This document shows, piece after piece, positions 48,955-61,202 of a stretch of 64,000 nucleotides of DNA; position 1 is the stretch's first letter, and every line of letters starts with the position of its first letter. Origin of the DNA: Podarcis tiliguerta (lineage: Eukaryota); NCBI GenBank assembly GCA_965153285.1, contig OZ229111.1; one strand, given 5' to 3'. Below the pieces are notes generated by a model. It saw only the letters and a program-made list of their open reading frames with translations, ran no database searches and was not told the DNA's origin. Position numbers and translations under genes: made by a program.

Positions 48955-49124
48955 CCAGGCTCTCTTGGATGAGACTGATTTTCTAGATCCATTTCAGTTG
49001 GTTTTTAGGCCTGATTTTGGCATGGAACATATCTCTGTCACCCTGTATGATGGCCTTTGTTGGGAGAGAGACAGGGGGAGTGGAACCCCATTGATTCTGC
49101 TTGGTCTCTTGGCAGCTTTTGCTA
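48955..49124 (+). mobile_element. L2 RT internal fragment
   Basis: LDETDFLDPFQLVFRPDFG...LYDGL...DRGSGTPLILLGLLAAF, a decayed DPFQSGFR / LLDLSAAFD. Confidence 0.8.
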
Positions 49125-49690
49125 TGTTAGTTGTGTCTGGCAGGCAGTTATACTTGTTTTGATAGAACAATCTCCTCAGCGCTCTGTTGAATTCCACCCA
49201 GTAATAACAGTCTCATGGACTTCAGCAGCCAGCAAGAGCCATTTCACATATCAATACTTTTGTGTAAGCTGAACATACATAGCATGAGTGCAACAAACGT
49301 GATTTCAGATATTGTGCTCTATTCCCCTTGTTTGAGCGTACATTTGTTGGCAAACCCAGCCTTTTTTATGTAATGTATGAAATAGTGAAATGCTCCACTA
49401 TAGTAATGGTGCCATATGAGGCCATAACATTTGAAAGCTTGCTTTTCCCATGGATCAGACCTATTGAATGGAGAGATTCCATGCCAATGCCAGGCTTACC
49501 CTCTCATAGACTTGATTCATGAAACAAGCAGCATTCAAGCTTTACAGGTTCCATATGTAGTTGTCACCATATTCCAGATATTGCTTGGTGACCTTCCTGA
49601 AGTTCTGGTAGGAAAAAGAGAAAGAAAATAATTGTCCTATAGGCATGACCTGCCTTCCATTTTTTCTGTCTCCCAATTTGTTTTTAACAG

Positions 49691-49888
49691 GGGTGGTATT
49701 CATGGCAGGCAAAGTCTATGCTGTGGGAGGTTTTAATGGCTCTTTACGAGTCCGAACAGTAGATGTATATGATGGAGTGAAAGACTTGTGGACGTCAATA
49801 GCCAGCATGCAAGAAAGACGAAGCACTTTAGGGGCAGCTGTGCTAAATGAACTCCTCTATGCTGTTGGTGGATTTGATGGAAGCACAG
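49691..49888 (+). CDS. KLHL3: KLHL3 coding exon 10 (kelch)
   Basis: VVFMAGKVYAVGGFNGSLRVRTVDVYDG...LYAVGGFDGST; 198 nt. Confidence 0.97.
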
Positions 49889-50407
49889 GTAGGTTGCTAA
49901 ACAAACAAAACTGGGTGAATGCTGTTCATATCTTCGCTCTTAAACACTTTACAAGAACTGTAGAACTTCCTTTGAATCCAGTGCTCCTGATGCTACATTT
50001 CAAATCTTCTTCTTTATAAAACAACAAAACAAAAACCTTTGTTACAACCTGTTTTATTATGTCTGGTGTAGTTTTCTGCAGTGGATGGAAGAAATTCTTG
50101 GGTGGGTTGCACTTCCCAGTCATTTTTTCAGTGCATGGTTGTTGAGTAATCACAAGTGATGAGAACTGGGGTGGTATTTTGAGATACAGATTCTCAGTGC
50201 AAAATTATTAGTATTGGGTTTAGTGTCCAGTTCCTGATCCTGAAGTAGTCTCACCCTGCTTCCTTTCCCCTTTTTGTCTTGGAAAGATTAGGACAAGAGT
50301 ATTGTCTGGAAAAATTAAGTCAGGATGGTACCTGTGACAAAGGAGGGGTTATACTCTGCTAAATTAAGGATGTAGAAAACTTGCCTTAATATTATTTTCA
50401 AAAATAG

Positions 50408-50509
50408 GTCTTGCATCTGTGGAAGCATATAACTATAAGACCAATGAGTGGTTTTTTGTGGCACCTATGAACACAAGAAGAAGCAGCGTTGGAGTTGGGG
50501 TCGTGGAAG
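50408..50509 (+). CDS. KLHL3: KLHL3 coding exon 11 (kelch, RRSS phospho-motif)
   Basis: LASVEAYNYKTNEWFFVAPMNTRRSSVGVGVVE; 102 nt. Confidence 0.97.
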
Positions 50510-50917
50510 GTAAAGACAGCAAACTGCTGTATTGGCCGCAGCAGCACAGTTAAGTGTGATAGCCTAGCAGCAAGCACTTTTTTAAAGACAAAAAATTAAG
50601 GCAGTTAACATTGTCAGACTACACTGCGTGTTCCAAAAATCATTCTCCCATCTTGAATGGGAACAGGCTGAGTACAATAGTGATTGAGACACGCTTAGTT
50701 GTTAAGTTGTGGGGTCCCCCCCCCCCCTTCTCTACAGCGTTGGGAAGTTTATCTTAGTGTTTTGCCATCTGGCCTGGCAGGTATCAAGGCACTGGGAGGA
50801 GGGACAAAACCTAATCTGTCTAGTCTGCACTGATGCCGAGTATGCCTCACCCATAAAATCACTGAATTCTGTAAGTTTCAGCAATGTCAATCTCACAGTT
50901 CTGCCTAGGTCCTAAAC

Positions 50918-51238
50918 CAGGAGTCAGGAATATTTTTCAGCCCAATGCCAAGCACCACATTCTTAGGGACTATCTTATGGGGGGTGGGGTGGGCTGTATG
51001 CTACTGGTAGGTTGGGCAATAGATGTGACCCTTCCCTTTCTAGATTTTTCTCCTTACACCCCCATATCTCTCCATCCAGGCAAGCAAGAGGCATTGTCAC
51101 AGTTTAAGGAAAAATTCCACCTTGACAAATGCATTTTAAGTGGGTGCAGAGTAGGGCTAGCAGCAGATGTGACCTAGGAAGAGTCCTGAGAGCCATTTAG
51201 GGTCCTTGAGTCCCTGGACCCCAGATTCCCCCCTCCTG
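50918..51238. mobile_element. Old hAT-like non-autonomous element
   Basis: Termini caggagtcaggaat ... gattccccctcctg. Confidence 0.4.
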
Positions 51239-52076
51239 CCTTACACTGGTTTTCCATGTGCCACTCGATATGATCCGCTAACCAGAGTAGCTGCGGAAAC
51301 CTAGATGGGTGGGGTATAAATAATAATTTTTTTATTATTCACAATACAAAATTTAATGAACTGAGTGAGAGCTACTTCGTTACACTCAGTGTGAAGAGAA
51401 CTGGAAGGACTATCAATGGCTTTTTCCGTGGCTCTGTGTCTCCATCTTGTGGGAAATAGATGTTTCACATCTTCTGAAGCTGGGAGATGTGCAAGGTTTG
51501 TCAGGAATTTGGGGATTTTTTCATACTCTGTAAGTTCTGACAATGATTTTAAACCTTTTTTCTGTGCCCTCAGAGAAGTCATCCCAACTATCCTTACCTA
51601 AGTATTTCCCCTGCTAAATGGTTCTCTATATTTCACTGTGGAAGCTTGGTATGACGCTTTTCCTATTTCCGGAGGTTTTTTGTTGGATTTTTAAATACGG
51701 ATGGCCGAAAAGGTCTTCTCCCCAAATGAAACTTTGGTAGAAAGAGCAGGGTTTTAAAGGGATTTGCACTTGATCAAGGAGGAGTACATTTTCACCCGTT
51801 TTGTAACATGGCAAATAATGGAACAACCTTCTGCAGCGAACTGTCCTTGAGAACATCTCACTTAGCGAGTATTTGTTGATCTGAGCATTTGGTATACATG
51901 ATGAAGGTCAACTGAAACATGTTATATGTACAGGTATTTATCAATCTAGTAGGCGGCTATCACAAAAGGATTGTGTAATTGACATGGTACAAATGATCAG
52001 TGATGAAGTGTTCTGAAGTGCGAATATTCCCAACTGCTCCTGTTGATGTTCAGTGCTGCATATTCATTTTTTCTAG

Positions 52077-52205
52077 GTAAACTCTATGCTGTTGGTGGTT
52101 ACGATGGAGCATCACGTCAGTGCCTTAGTACTGTAGAACAGTATAATCCAGCTACAAATGAGTGGGCATATGTGTCAGATATGAGTACTCGCCGCAGTGG
52201 TGCAG
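52077..52205 (+). CDS. KLHL3: KLHL3 coding exon 12 (kelch)
   Basis: [42 protein letters not shown]; 129 nt. Confidence 0.97.
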
Positions 52206-52739
52206 GTATCTTACTGTGCTGTTTTTCCTCCTTGTTTAGTTGTCACAGCTAAATCTCTGAACAGTACCTAAGTTTGTTACAAGAGCTCTTGAAAATAGTA
52301 CCATGTATGTTGCTCCTTTCCTGGCAATGTGTGATAAGACTAATGATACGGTATTGTCATACTGTTCTCAAATGCTAGGCCTGTAATCGTAGTATAAGGG
52401 CAGGCCTGTGCAGTTTGGGGGCAGGCCAGGTACACTTGCTCCAGGCCTCAGAGGGCTAAGCTGGCTGTGGGGGCCCACCAGGGACCGGCTACTTTTCTGT
52501 TTGTGTTTATAACTTTATTCTAACAAGACTTCTGCCCCAGGTCTTAGGCATTCTCTGCAAAGGCCTTTATAAGGGTATGAATTGTCTTTCTGCGAGGGAT
52601 CCCAGTGTTTGGACATGTGAGGAAAACTCCTGCATTGAATATTTAGCTCACTTTTATGATGGGGTTGTTGAATGAAACAGCCACTTAGGAGTAACTTATG
52701 CTCTGAAGCTCTCAGAGTTGCTGTCCTCTTGTTTTGCAG

Positions 52740-52880
52740 GTGTTGGTGTACTTAGTGGACAGCTGTATGCTACTGGGGGACATGATGGCCCTTTGGTGAG
52801 GAAAAGTGTGGAAGTATATGATCCTGGAACAAATATGTGGAAACAAGTGGCAGATATGAATATGTGTAGAAGAAATGCAG
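52740..52880 (+). CDS. KLHL3: KLHL3 coding exon 13 (kelch)
   Basis: VGVLSGQLYATGGHDGPLVRKSVEVYDPGTNMWKQVADMNMCRRNA; 141 nt. Confidence 0.97.
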
Positions 52881-54159
52881 GTATTTATTTGTAATTTCCT
52901 CCAAGCAACCACAGCACACTTATATATATTGCCCTTCAGGTATAAGCAACCTTTCAAAGAAACTTACAGTAATACTGAAACAAAAACATCAGTTTTATAA
53001 GCTGTATCTTGCTGTTCTAGGTATTTAAAGTTAAATCTTATGCATCCGTGTCTGTAGTGAGTAACAAGGAATATGGAATCTAGCAGAGTTTATGAATTCC
53101 AGAACCTCTGTTCTCTTTACAAGAACATTTTTCTTGCTCTCATGACTTCACAGAGAACATTCAAGTATGGAACAGATGTTGTCATCAGAAAGCATAGAAA
53201 TAAAAGTGTATTTCATTTATTTCATACAACCTCCAGTGGTCAGAAGGCTGAGCCTTTTATACCCTGCACAGCTCCTAATCCCCTATCCTTGCTGTTCCTG
53301 CTGCCCAGTCCTTGAATTGTGCCCAGTGCTTTAAACAGGGTTGCAAATGGAGCCAATTTGGTTCATTTTTCATTTGTTACAAAACAAATTCCAACAGGAA
53401 AAGGTCTTTGTTATCTATATGCCAGTCGCTAGCTGCTTTGTAACTGGCATTGCTTAGGAGTTCTGTGAAACAAGAAAAAACAGTGTAGTTCTTAAATCAG
53501 TGGTTAAAATTAGTGTTGTTTTAAAAAGGTTCATTCTGCCATCTTGTTTCAAAATGGTGTACAATTGTATCCAAACATAGATGGAAAGCTCCTTGATTGC
53601 AGGAACAGTCATGCAAAATTTGGTTACGATATCTAGAGAGATGTCCAAATACGTAATAAATTCAGGGATGCTTTTTTCCAGATGTCCTCTTGGTGCTATT
53701 TCCAAATATCCCTCATGTTATTTCCCCCAAATCCCTTGGATGCTGGAGTGTTCTGGGGAAGGGAAATGGCAACTGCCAGTATGCAGGTGACAGGAAAAAA
53801 CAAAGTAACCCCCTATCCCCACTAAACCCCCTCATTGATGTGAGTTATGAAGTGGATGTGATAACATTGAACAAATTAGGTGCTTATTAACAAAAATGAA
53901 TGGAACAATGAGTGACTTTTTTTTGCACATTCCTAAATATTATAAAAATACCTCTCACCTTGTCACAAGAACAGCTTATGAAAATTAATGATATATTATT
54001 TCTGAGTACAATTAGAGTGCACAATTTCAGTGTCGATGGTTCATACTTTGTTTGGGGCTTCCTGAAGGATCTGGAGTGAATCCAGCCTGAATGCTAGAGT
54101 TCCTTCCCCTGCCATGCCACAGCCATGTAAACTTAAAATAACACATTTTTCCTCCATAG

Positions 54160-54303
54160 GTGTGTGTTCAGTGAACGGTCTTCTCTATGTAGTTGGGGGA
54201 GATGATGGCTCTTGCAATTTGGCATCTGTAGAATACTATAATCCTGTCACTGATAAATGGACATTATTACCAACAAACATGAGCACTGGAAGAAGTTATG
54301 CAG
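54160..54303 (+). CDS. KLHL3: KLHL3 coding exon 14 (kelch)
   Basis: VCSVNGLLYVVGGDDGSCNLASVEYYNPVTDKWTLLPTNMSTGRSYA; 144 nt. Confidence 0.97.
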
Positions 54304-54654
54304 GTAAGCAGTACATTGAACCAGGTGGAAGCAGAGGGATGGGCTGGATGAATCTGCATTTCTCAAATCTCTGCTGTGATTCTTGGCAGGGTTAGCAACA
54401 CTTTTTCCTGGTAGAGAAATTTCACTCCTAAAAGGAACCTGGGCCTTTAACGTGCTACTGCTTGGCATGTAGAAATCCAACAGATGGTATTTCCCCATTT
54501 CTGATGTTCATCTGGCAAAGATGCATCTGTTTAAATTCTACCTGCTGTGTGGCCATTGCAGGCAAGAGAGTCTCTGGTCAGAAAAGAGTCAGTACCCCTA
54601 GTGTATCTTGAGCTTTCTATAAGTCCCAGTGCAGGTAAAAGGTTACTCCAAAAA

Positions 54655-55330
54655 TCATCTGTATGGTGGCCCAGCTACACCCCTATCTGGACAGGAACAG
54701 CCTAACTGCTGTTGTGTATGCTCTGGTTATATTATTGCAACATGTTATACATAGGACTGGCTCTGAAGATGGTTTGGAAACTTTAACTAGCACAGGATTT
54801 GGCGACCAGGTTGCTCACAGGGGCAAGACAGTTTCAGCATATTACACCAATTCTGGCCTGACTCCACTGGCTGCCAATTGGTTTCCAGGCCTAGTTTTGC
54901 TGAATTTGACCTTTAAAGCCTTAAATGGCACAGTACCAAAATACCTCAAGGACTGCCTCTCTCCTTAATGAACCTCCCAGACTCTAAGATCATCCTCTGA
55001 GGCCCTTCTTTGTGTGCCTCCTTCACAAGAGGTCTGGAGAGTGGCAACAAGAGAACAGGCCTTTTCATCAGTGGCTCCCCATTTGTGGAATGTTCTGCCC
55101 AGGGAGGCTCGCCTGATGACTTCATTATATACCTATAGGTGGCAGGTAAAAATGTTTCTCTTTAACCGAGCCTTGGGCTGATTGACATACAATGCCCTTT
55201 TAAATGTGCTGTGGGAGGGGGGATTATTGGTTTCTTTTTCTTATTTTTACTATGTATTGTGGTTTTGTGTAATTTTATGTTGTGAACCACCCTGAGATTC
55301 GTGGATCAAGGGCGGTATATAAATTTAATG
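54655..55330 (+). mobile_element. L2 LINE 3' fragment in the last intron
   Basis: VAQLHPYLDRNSLTAVVYALV, HITPILA, LHWLPI, LTFKALNG remnants and tail gtgaaccaccctgag...agggcggtatataaat. Confidence 0.88.
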
Positions 55331-55354
55331 CATGTGTACTTTCTTCCCTTGTAG

Positions 55355-55383
55355 GTGTAGCTGTGATCCATAAACCATTGTGA
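55355..55383 (+). CDS. KLHL3: KLHL3 coding exon 15 with stop; spliced CDS 1758 nt, 585 aa BTB-BACK-kelch CUL3 adaptor
   Basis: VAVIHKPL-TGA. All 15 exon phases join in frame. Confidence 0.95.
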
Positions 55384-56651
55384 CACATGTTCAAGTGACT
55401 GCAAAGACACGAAATAATGACCATCTTGCTTGGTGGGTTTTGGAAGATACTGAAATCTGACTCTTAACTGCCACACTAATATTGCACTCCTAGCATGACA
55501 AGTATGTGCTAAAACCATCAACCTCTGCTCAGCAATGGGCAGTGCAGCAATGTGAAAAGTCTTGCTGTGAACATGTTCCAGAAATGAGGTGTTGCTTGTT
55601 TTTCTTGGTGCAATCTGCTGTTTTATGTACAGCCAAGACTTGAGTTTGAACTGAATTTCTCAAGAGCAAGGAAATGTATCTCTATGGCATGTAACCAGGA
55701 GAAAGGGTATTTTGGAATACTTCACTACTGAAGTAGCATATACACTATAATATGTTCTATTTACTTACCAAACCTTTTAGACAAATCTACTACTGAGACT
55801 GGAATTTTTGAAACAACCCTCGAAAGGAAACCAGACCTGAATAAATAAGACTGGGAGCTCTAGCTCATATGGTATATTGCCCCCATCATATGTACATACA
55901 CTAGTTGACTACTGTAAATGTGTTATTTAGGACACTGGATGTGTACATTGTATGAATTTTATCCTAGATGTAGAACTGCAATTTTCAAACCTATTTTGTA
56001 TATGTGGTCGGATGAGCCAAGCAGCGTCTTTCTCTAGGGTAAAAGCATACGTGAACTACCCAAAGACTAGTAACCGCACTAAAATGTAAGGTTCTAGAGG
56101 CGGGCTGGCGGTGGTGGGGGGGAAGGTATTGCTATCCAAAATTAATTCTGACCACAGTTGACATTGAAAGGGGTGGGGAGTCATAACATGGTGTCGCCTT
56201 GACTATTGCCAACAATTCAGAAAATCCAAACTGCACCTGCTTTTTAAAGGGCATCTGGGTACCATGGAAGAGTATTTTAAATTCATCAACTATGGTTGTC
56301 ACCAGATTTCCAGGGTGGTGGTGGGATTCAGTAGTGGATTCCAGGGTTACAGCCAGGTTTGGAGAGCTGCCTCCAGCACTGTGACTTGTAGGATGATACT
56401 GTACATGGATGATATTGTCATGAGCAAGGGCTGAGAGTACCAGGGAAGCCCATCTGAGCAAATGGGACTTCTGAATAACAAACTGGGTGGTCAGCCTTCT
56501 ATCCAGAATAATAATCTAGTAAATGCTAGCCAAGTTTAGATTAGAACTTCACCCATCCCTATATACCTCTTGCATTTGGCCAAATACCACAAGTTGCCCA
56601 AGATTTAAAAACCTTTAAGTGTCTTAATGCTTCCATCATGTAGTTGGTTAA

Positions 56652-56742
56652 GGCTGCAGTGCTGTGCATAATCACCTTGGAGTAAGCTCTGTTGAACTTA
56701 GTGGAGCTTACTTTTGAGTAGACATGTATAGGATTGCACGGT
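56652..56742. repeat. ~90-bp quasi-palindromic squamate repeat, copy 1
   Basis: ggagtaagctc...gagcttac...gagtagacatgtataggattgcac. Confidence 0.75.
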
Positions 56743-57114
56743 AATTCTTCCAGCCATTTTTCCTAACTGCTGACCTTTCAAATATTCACTATGTTTTCCT
56801 TATTATAGCTGTGTACTGAAGTTACTCAAACTTTTAAGCATTTAGTCCAAAAGGGAGAAAGAAGTGATTTGGGGGAAATAAGGAAAGCTGGATCTAGCTA
56901 ATTGGCTCAACTCAAATCTAAAAACCTCCAAGCTTCTGTTATATTCACTGTCATCATCCAACTGAGAATTATTTTGTTCCTAGAAAGTTTGTGTTCTTGT
57001 AACTTCCAGCTCTTCTGGGATGTGTAATGCTAAGGAAAGCAGCCACAAAAGATTAACAAGGAAGTATATCCTTCCTTTCTCTTCCAACCCCTTACTATGT
57101 GCATTTTAAAGGTG

Positions 57115-57140
57115 GTGTGTGTGTGTGTGTGTGTGTGTGT
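57115..57140. repeat. (TG)n microsatellite in the 3'UTR
   Basis: Direct reading. Confidence 0.9.
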
Positions 57141-57789
57141 TTCCCCAAGAGCACTTAACTTATTTCTTATGTAGATAGACAGCTTTTTTATCACTTGCCA
57201 AATATCAAGAGTGAAGTAGAATATATAACTGAACTTGCTTTGAACAAGCGTTAATAAGGTAAGATTCTATTATTTTTGACAAGGGCTTTCATCCCTTAAT
57301 TGGATATAAAAACAAAACAATTTCCTTAAAAGAGTCTCAGTGCTACATCTTATGATACCTTTTGTACTCTGGCACAGATACTGTAGTACAAAATACACCT
57401 GAAGAATGCACATACCTAATCGCTCTTCAAAACACAAGTGAGCCTGGTTGTTGCTTGCTCAACACTTGAGTATTTTAAAGAGGAACATGGCAGTTTCTAA
57501 ATGTGTTTCACCCTTTGTATTTCTGAGAATGCAGCCAGCAGCCAATGAATTGCTTCCAGGGTTGGGGTAGGAAATCTCTTTTCAGGACCTGTTTATGCAT
57601 TATTCTTTCTGTGTGGAGGATATTAGTCTGCTACGTATAGCCCCTGGTCTCTCTCTGTATGAGTTCTGGGCTGCAGCTCTAATGCTTTGCATTGTTTGTA
57701 CTTCTCTAGTGTGGAGAATCTCCATTTTGTTGCTTTGAATGTCTTGAGAGCACTGTGGAGATTCTCCACAGGATAGCAGCAGTCTTTAG

Positions 57790-57882
57790 GGCCCCACAGC
57801 CCTATATCTACTTACCTGGGATTAATCTCCATTGAATTCACTGCAACTTACTTCTGAATAGACATGTAAAGGATTGCATTGT
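57790..57882. repeat. ~90-bp quasi-palindromic repeat, copy 2
   Basis: acttacctggga...acttacttctgaatagacatgtaaaggattgca. Confidence 0.75.
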
Positions 57883-60800
57883 TCAATCACAATAGCAGAT
57901 GTGAATCATTCAATAGGCAGAAGATTATTCCGTCAACCTCCACATGAAGAAATGCAATGTGTAAACCACTTAAGGCCATTTAAATACTATGAAATCTTGC
58001 CCTCTCATATTGGTTGAAGGATCATTTAAACACTAAGAATACACCCTTACCTCATGTGATGAATCAGTTGTCAGACACAGATATACATGTACTGAACATG
58101 AATGGATTTTTCTGTTCCATTCACCACCAAAACTGTATGCCAGTCATATATATCCCTTGACAGGCAGTGAATTTTTGAGTTAACCTGATCTATGATTCAT
58201 TCCGAAATGGCACCTATGTCCATATAACATCTGGAAAAATTACAAAAAAATAATAATGGTGTACTGAGTGTTCATAAATAGTCAGGACCATAAATGGCCT
58301 TGCTCTCAGTCACTTACCCACTAGCAAATGGTATATGTCACTTCTGTGTGTAAACTTGCAGTTAGTGCAAGTCAAGTGACCTCATTTTCCAGCTATGCAA
58401 TATTATTGCTACATAATAAACCAGCTGCAATAGTCCCTTTAAAGCGCATTTGAAATATCTCGCATTGTGTGTGCATTTTTAATATTTGTACTGTGCCGAT
58501 AATCTGAGCCAGATCCTTTCAAAGGTTGCCTTTTTATAGGGCTTGAAAATAATAGCTTTAGAGCTTGCAAATTTTAATGCAGCTATTTTTGTAAGATAAT
58601 TCTGAAGAGTTCTTGGATCTCCTTTGATTTTGGTGGCATTATGATTAGTGTCTAATCCTTACACCATGGGCCCAGTTCTCATCAGCCATTTCTGTATGGT
58701 GTCTTGTATATTTTTGCTTGAAAAAGGGAAAATCCTTTGGCTTCTCTTGATTTTATGAAAAGGACACTTCTGGACTTCATGTTAATTAACAGTGTATTGT
58801 TTCTTCCATGATTAGTAACATCATAAATTGCTGGATTTATAAGAAAACAATTGAATTTATTTTTTTGAACTTTGAGTTGTGATTCACTTTCTGTACTGTT
58901 GGGCTGGACAAACAGTTCACAAAGTATTTGTGTACTAATACTGCTGTATTTCTCTCTCTCTCTGTGTGTGTGTCTTGCTCATACCTGAACATAATGTTCT
59001 GAAGCTAAATGTTAAAAGTCAGAATAATGGTAATAGGTTTGGTTGTCCTCTAACTCCTTTTGCAGGTTTTCCTCGGAGATACCCAAAATTCATAAATCTG
59101 TTTCTACAAATAGTCTTTGATTAAATTGTTGGGCAATCTTTTATCCAGAAGCTGGCTTATCAGGTTGTGATGAAATAAGAAGATGACCTTCCATAAGAGT
59201 TGTGTGTAGGCCCAAAACCTGGATGCATCCATGCTCTGCATGTGACGACAAATGCTTTGCAGACATCCTTTCCCAGAAACTCCCATCACAGAACTCCCAC
59301 ATGCACTTAAATTCTTAAGAAGTAATTTGGCATGACATCAAAGGGAAATGGCTAGTATGCCTGTGGTACCCCCTCCCCATCTTTCTCATTTAAATTGCTT
59401 TTGTAGCATATCTTCAGTCTCAAAAATTAAAGGAGTTTTCCAGACAGTCAGCTTTTGGATATAGCCAAAAGCATTATCTTCAGGGGTATTCAGCACTGCA
59501 CTGTTTCTACAAAAATCTGAAATGAAGCTATTTTTATTGCCCCAGTCTTTTAGCACTGTTTGAATTTTGTGTGGAAGTTTGCCCGAGTAATTCATTTCAA
59601 CTGGATCCTATTTTATATTTAACTGTGACTGTGGCTAGCATTGCACAACTAAGCCACAAAAACTGAAGTTTTACTTTTTGCACTATTTGTACACCAATGA
59701 CTTAAAATACTCTGTTTTAGGAAGCTTATCAACCGAGCAGCTATATTTGTCCAAAAGCTTATTAGCTCATTCTCCCTATTAACTCATAGGACAAATAGAT
59801 AGAATAATACAGTGTAATTAAAGTTGATTCACATTTGACGCATCTAGAATGATATGAAATTTTGAATTTTCTTAAATGGCACTATTTAAATATAGCCATC
59901 CTGTTACATTGCCATGCCATTCATAGGTTTTATTTAATAGTAAAAGGGAATAGCCTGTCAACCCTATAAGAATGGTAGCTTTGCCAAAATGTTCCATTGC
60001 TGAAAAATATAGTGGCGACATTTTATATGCAGTGTGAAACCATGGTTTGGTGTCGTGTGTATGAGCAAGCTTAGCTTCAAGATATGCACATGTATTTCTC
60101 TCCTTGTTTGGCATAGTTTCTAAACTGACTTCCATAAACTGACTTCCCAGGCTCAAGACACAGCTTGATCCCGGTTTATGGGCAAACTGTAGCCCTGCTC
60201 AGGTGTTATGCCTGAACAGGAAACGTCCATTCATGTAGGAGACACAAGGTCACATGCTGTCCTGGCCCTGCTTGCTCAGTCTTCAGCCTTCCTGTGTTTA
60301 TCAGGAAAGGTCTGAAAGGGGCTTTTACCAGCATTTCCTTGAATACAAATAGAAACCCCCTCGTGGTTCCTGATTGCACAGAGGTTTCTACTTCTGCTCA
60401 AGTCAGTAGTGGTAAAAGGGTTCAGATAAACAGGAAGATCAGTAACAGGGAGGGTGGAGAAGATGCACACAGGGACATTGGGGAGTGTGGGGCATGCACA
60501 GCCCTGTGTCTCCTATATGGATGATGATATCCTGTTCAGGGTTGAGCAAGACTTATGTCTGAAGCATATCCTAGTTTGCCATGTTTGGATACTATGACAA
60601 CTGGAAGGGCGAAATCCCATTGGGTGATGCTTTTCTGACAGCTGCTAGCCAGCGCTAGTAAGACTGGCTGGAAATCCTGTCCAAGGCACTTGGTTCTGGC
60701 TGGGACTGTGCAGGCTTGGTGTTCCGGCACTCCTTCTACATACTGGGGCTGACCATACAAGGGGAGGAGGGACCCAGCAAGCCCCAGGGATGGTTTTGCT

Positions 60801-61034
60801 CATGCACGCAATACCAAACTACGGTGGAATGAGCTCAGTGTTTGATTAATATATTGTGGGCATAAGAATACAGTAAACCTTTTTTCATGAGATCCTAAAT
60901 TATTTTATTTCATTGTACAGTAGTGATAATGCTAAGAAGTTTAATTTGTAAATATATTGTATAAAATATGTTTTAAGGCTAACAGAAGATTGTAACAGCG
61001 TTCACCTTGAATGCACAGATTTTTAAAAAATAAT

Positions 61035-61040
61035 AATAAA
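61035..61040 (+). terminator. Probable distal polyadenylation signal of KLHL3
   Basis: AATAAA with upstream TGTA elements. Repeat density rises just downstream. Confidence 0.55.
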
Positions 61041-61105
61041 ATAGACTGAGAAAATGTAGCTGTGATCCATATACAAATTAATTCAACATGCTAATATTTC
61101 TTAGG

Positions 61106-61202
61106 TTTACAGCCCACTCCTGTGCACGCTTACTCAAAAGCAAGTCCCACATTGTTCATTGGAACTTATTTGAAAGTAAGTGTATGTAGGATTGCAGCCT
61201 TA
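61106..61202. repeat. ~90-bp quasi-palindromic repeat, copy 3, opposite orientation
   Basis: cttactcaaaagcaagtccc...gtaagtgtatgtaggattgcagcct. More decayed copies near 62220-62320 and 62381-62490. Confidence 0.7.

Larger units (their letters stand above)
55384..61060 (+). other. KLHL3: Probable long 3'UTR of KLHL3
   Basis: AT-rich and LINE-poor. AATAAA at 55840 and 61035, the latter preceded by clustered TGTA motifs. Confidence 0.55.
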
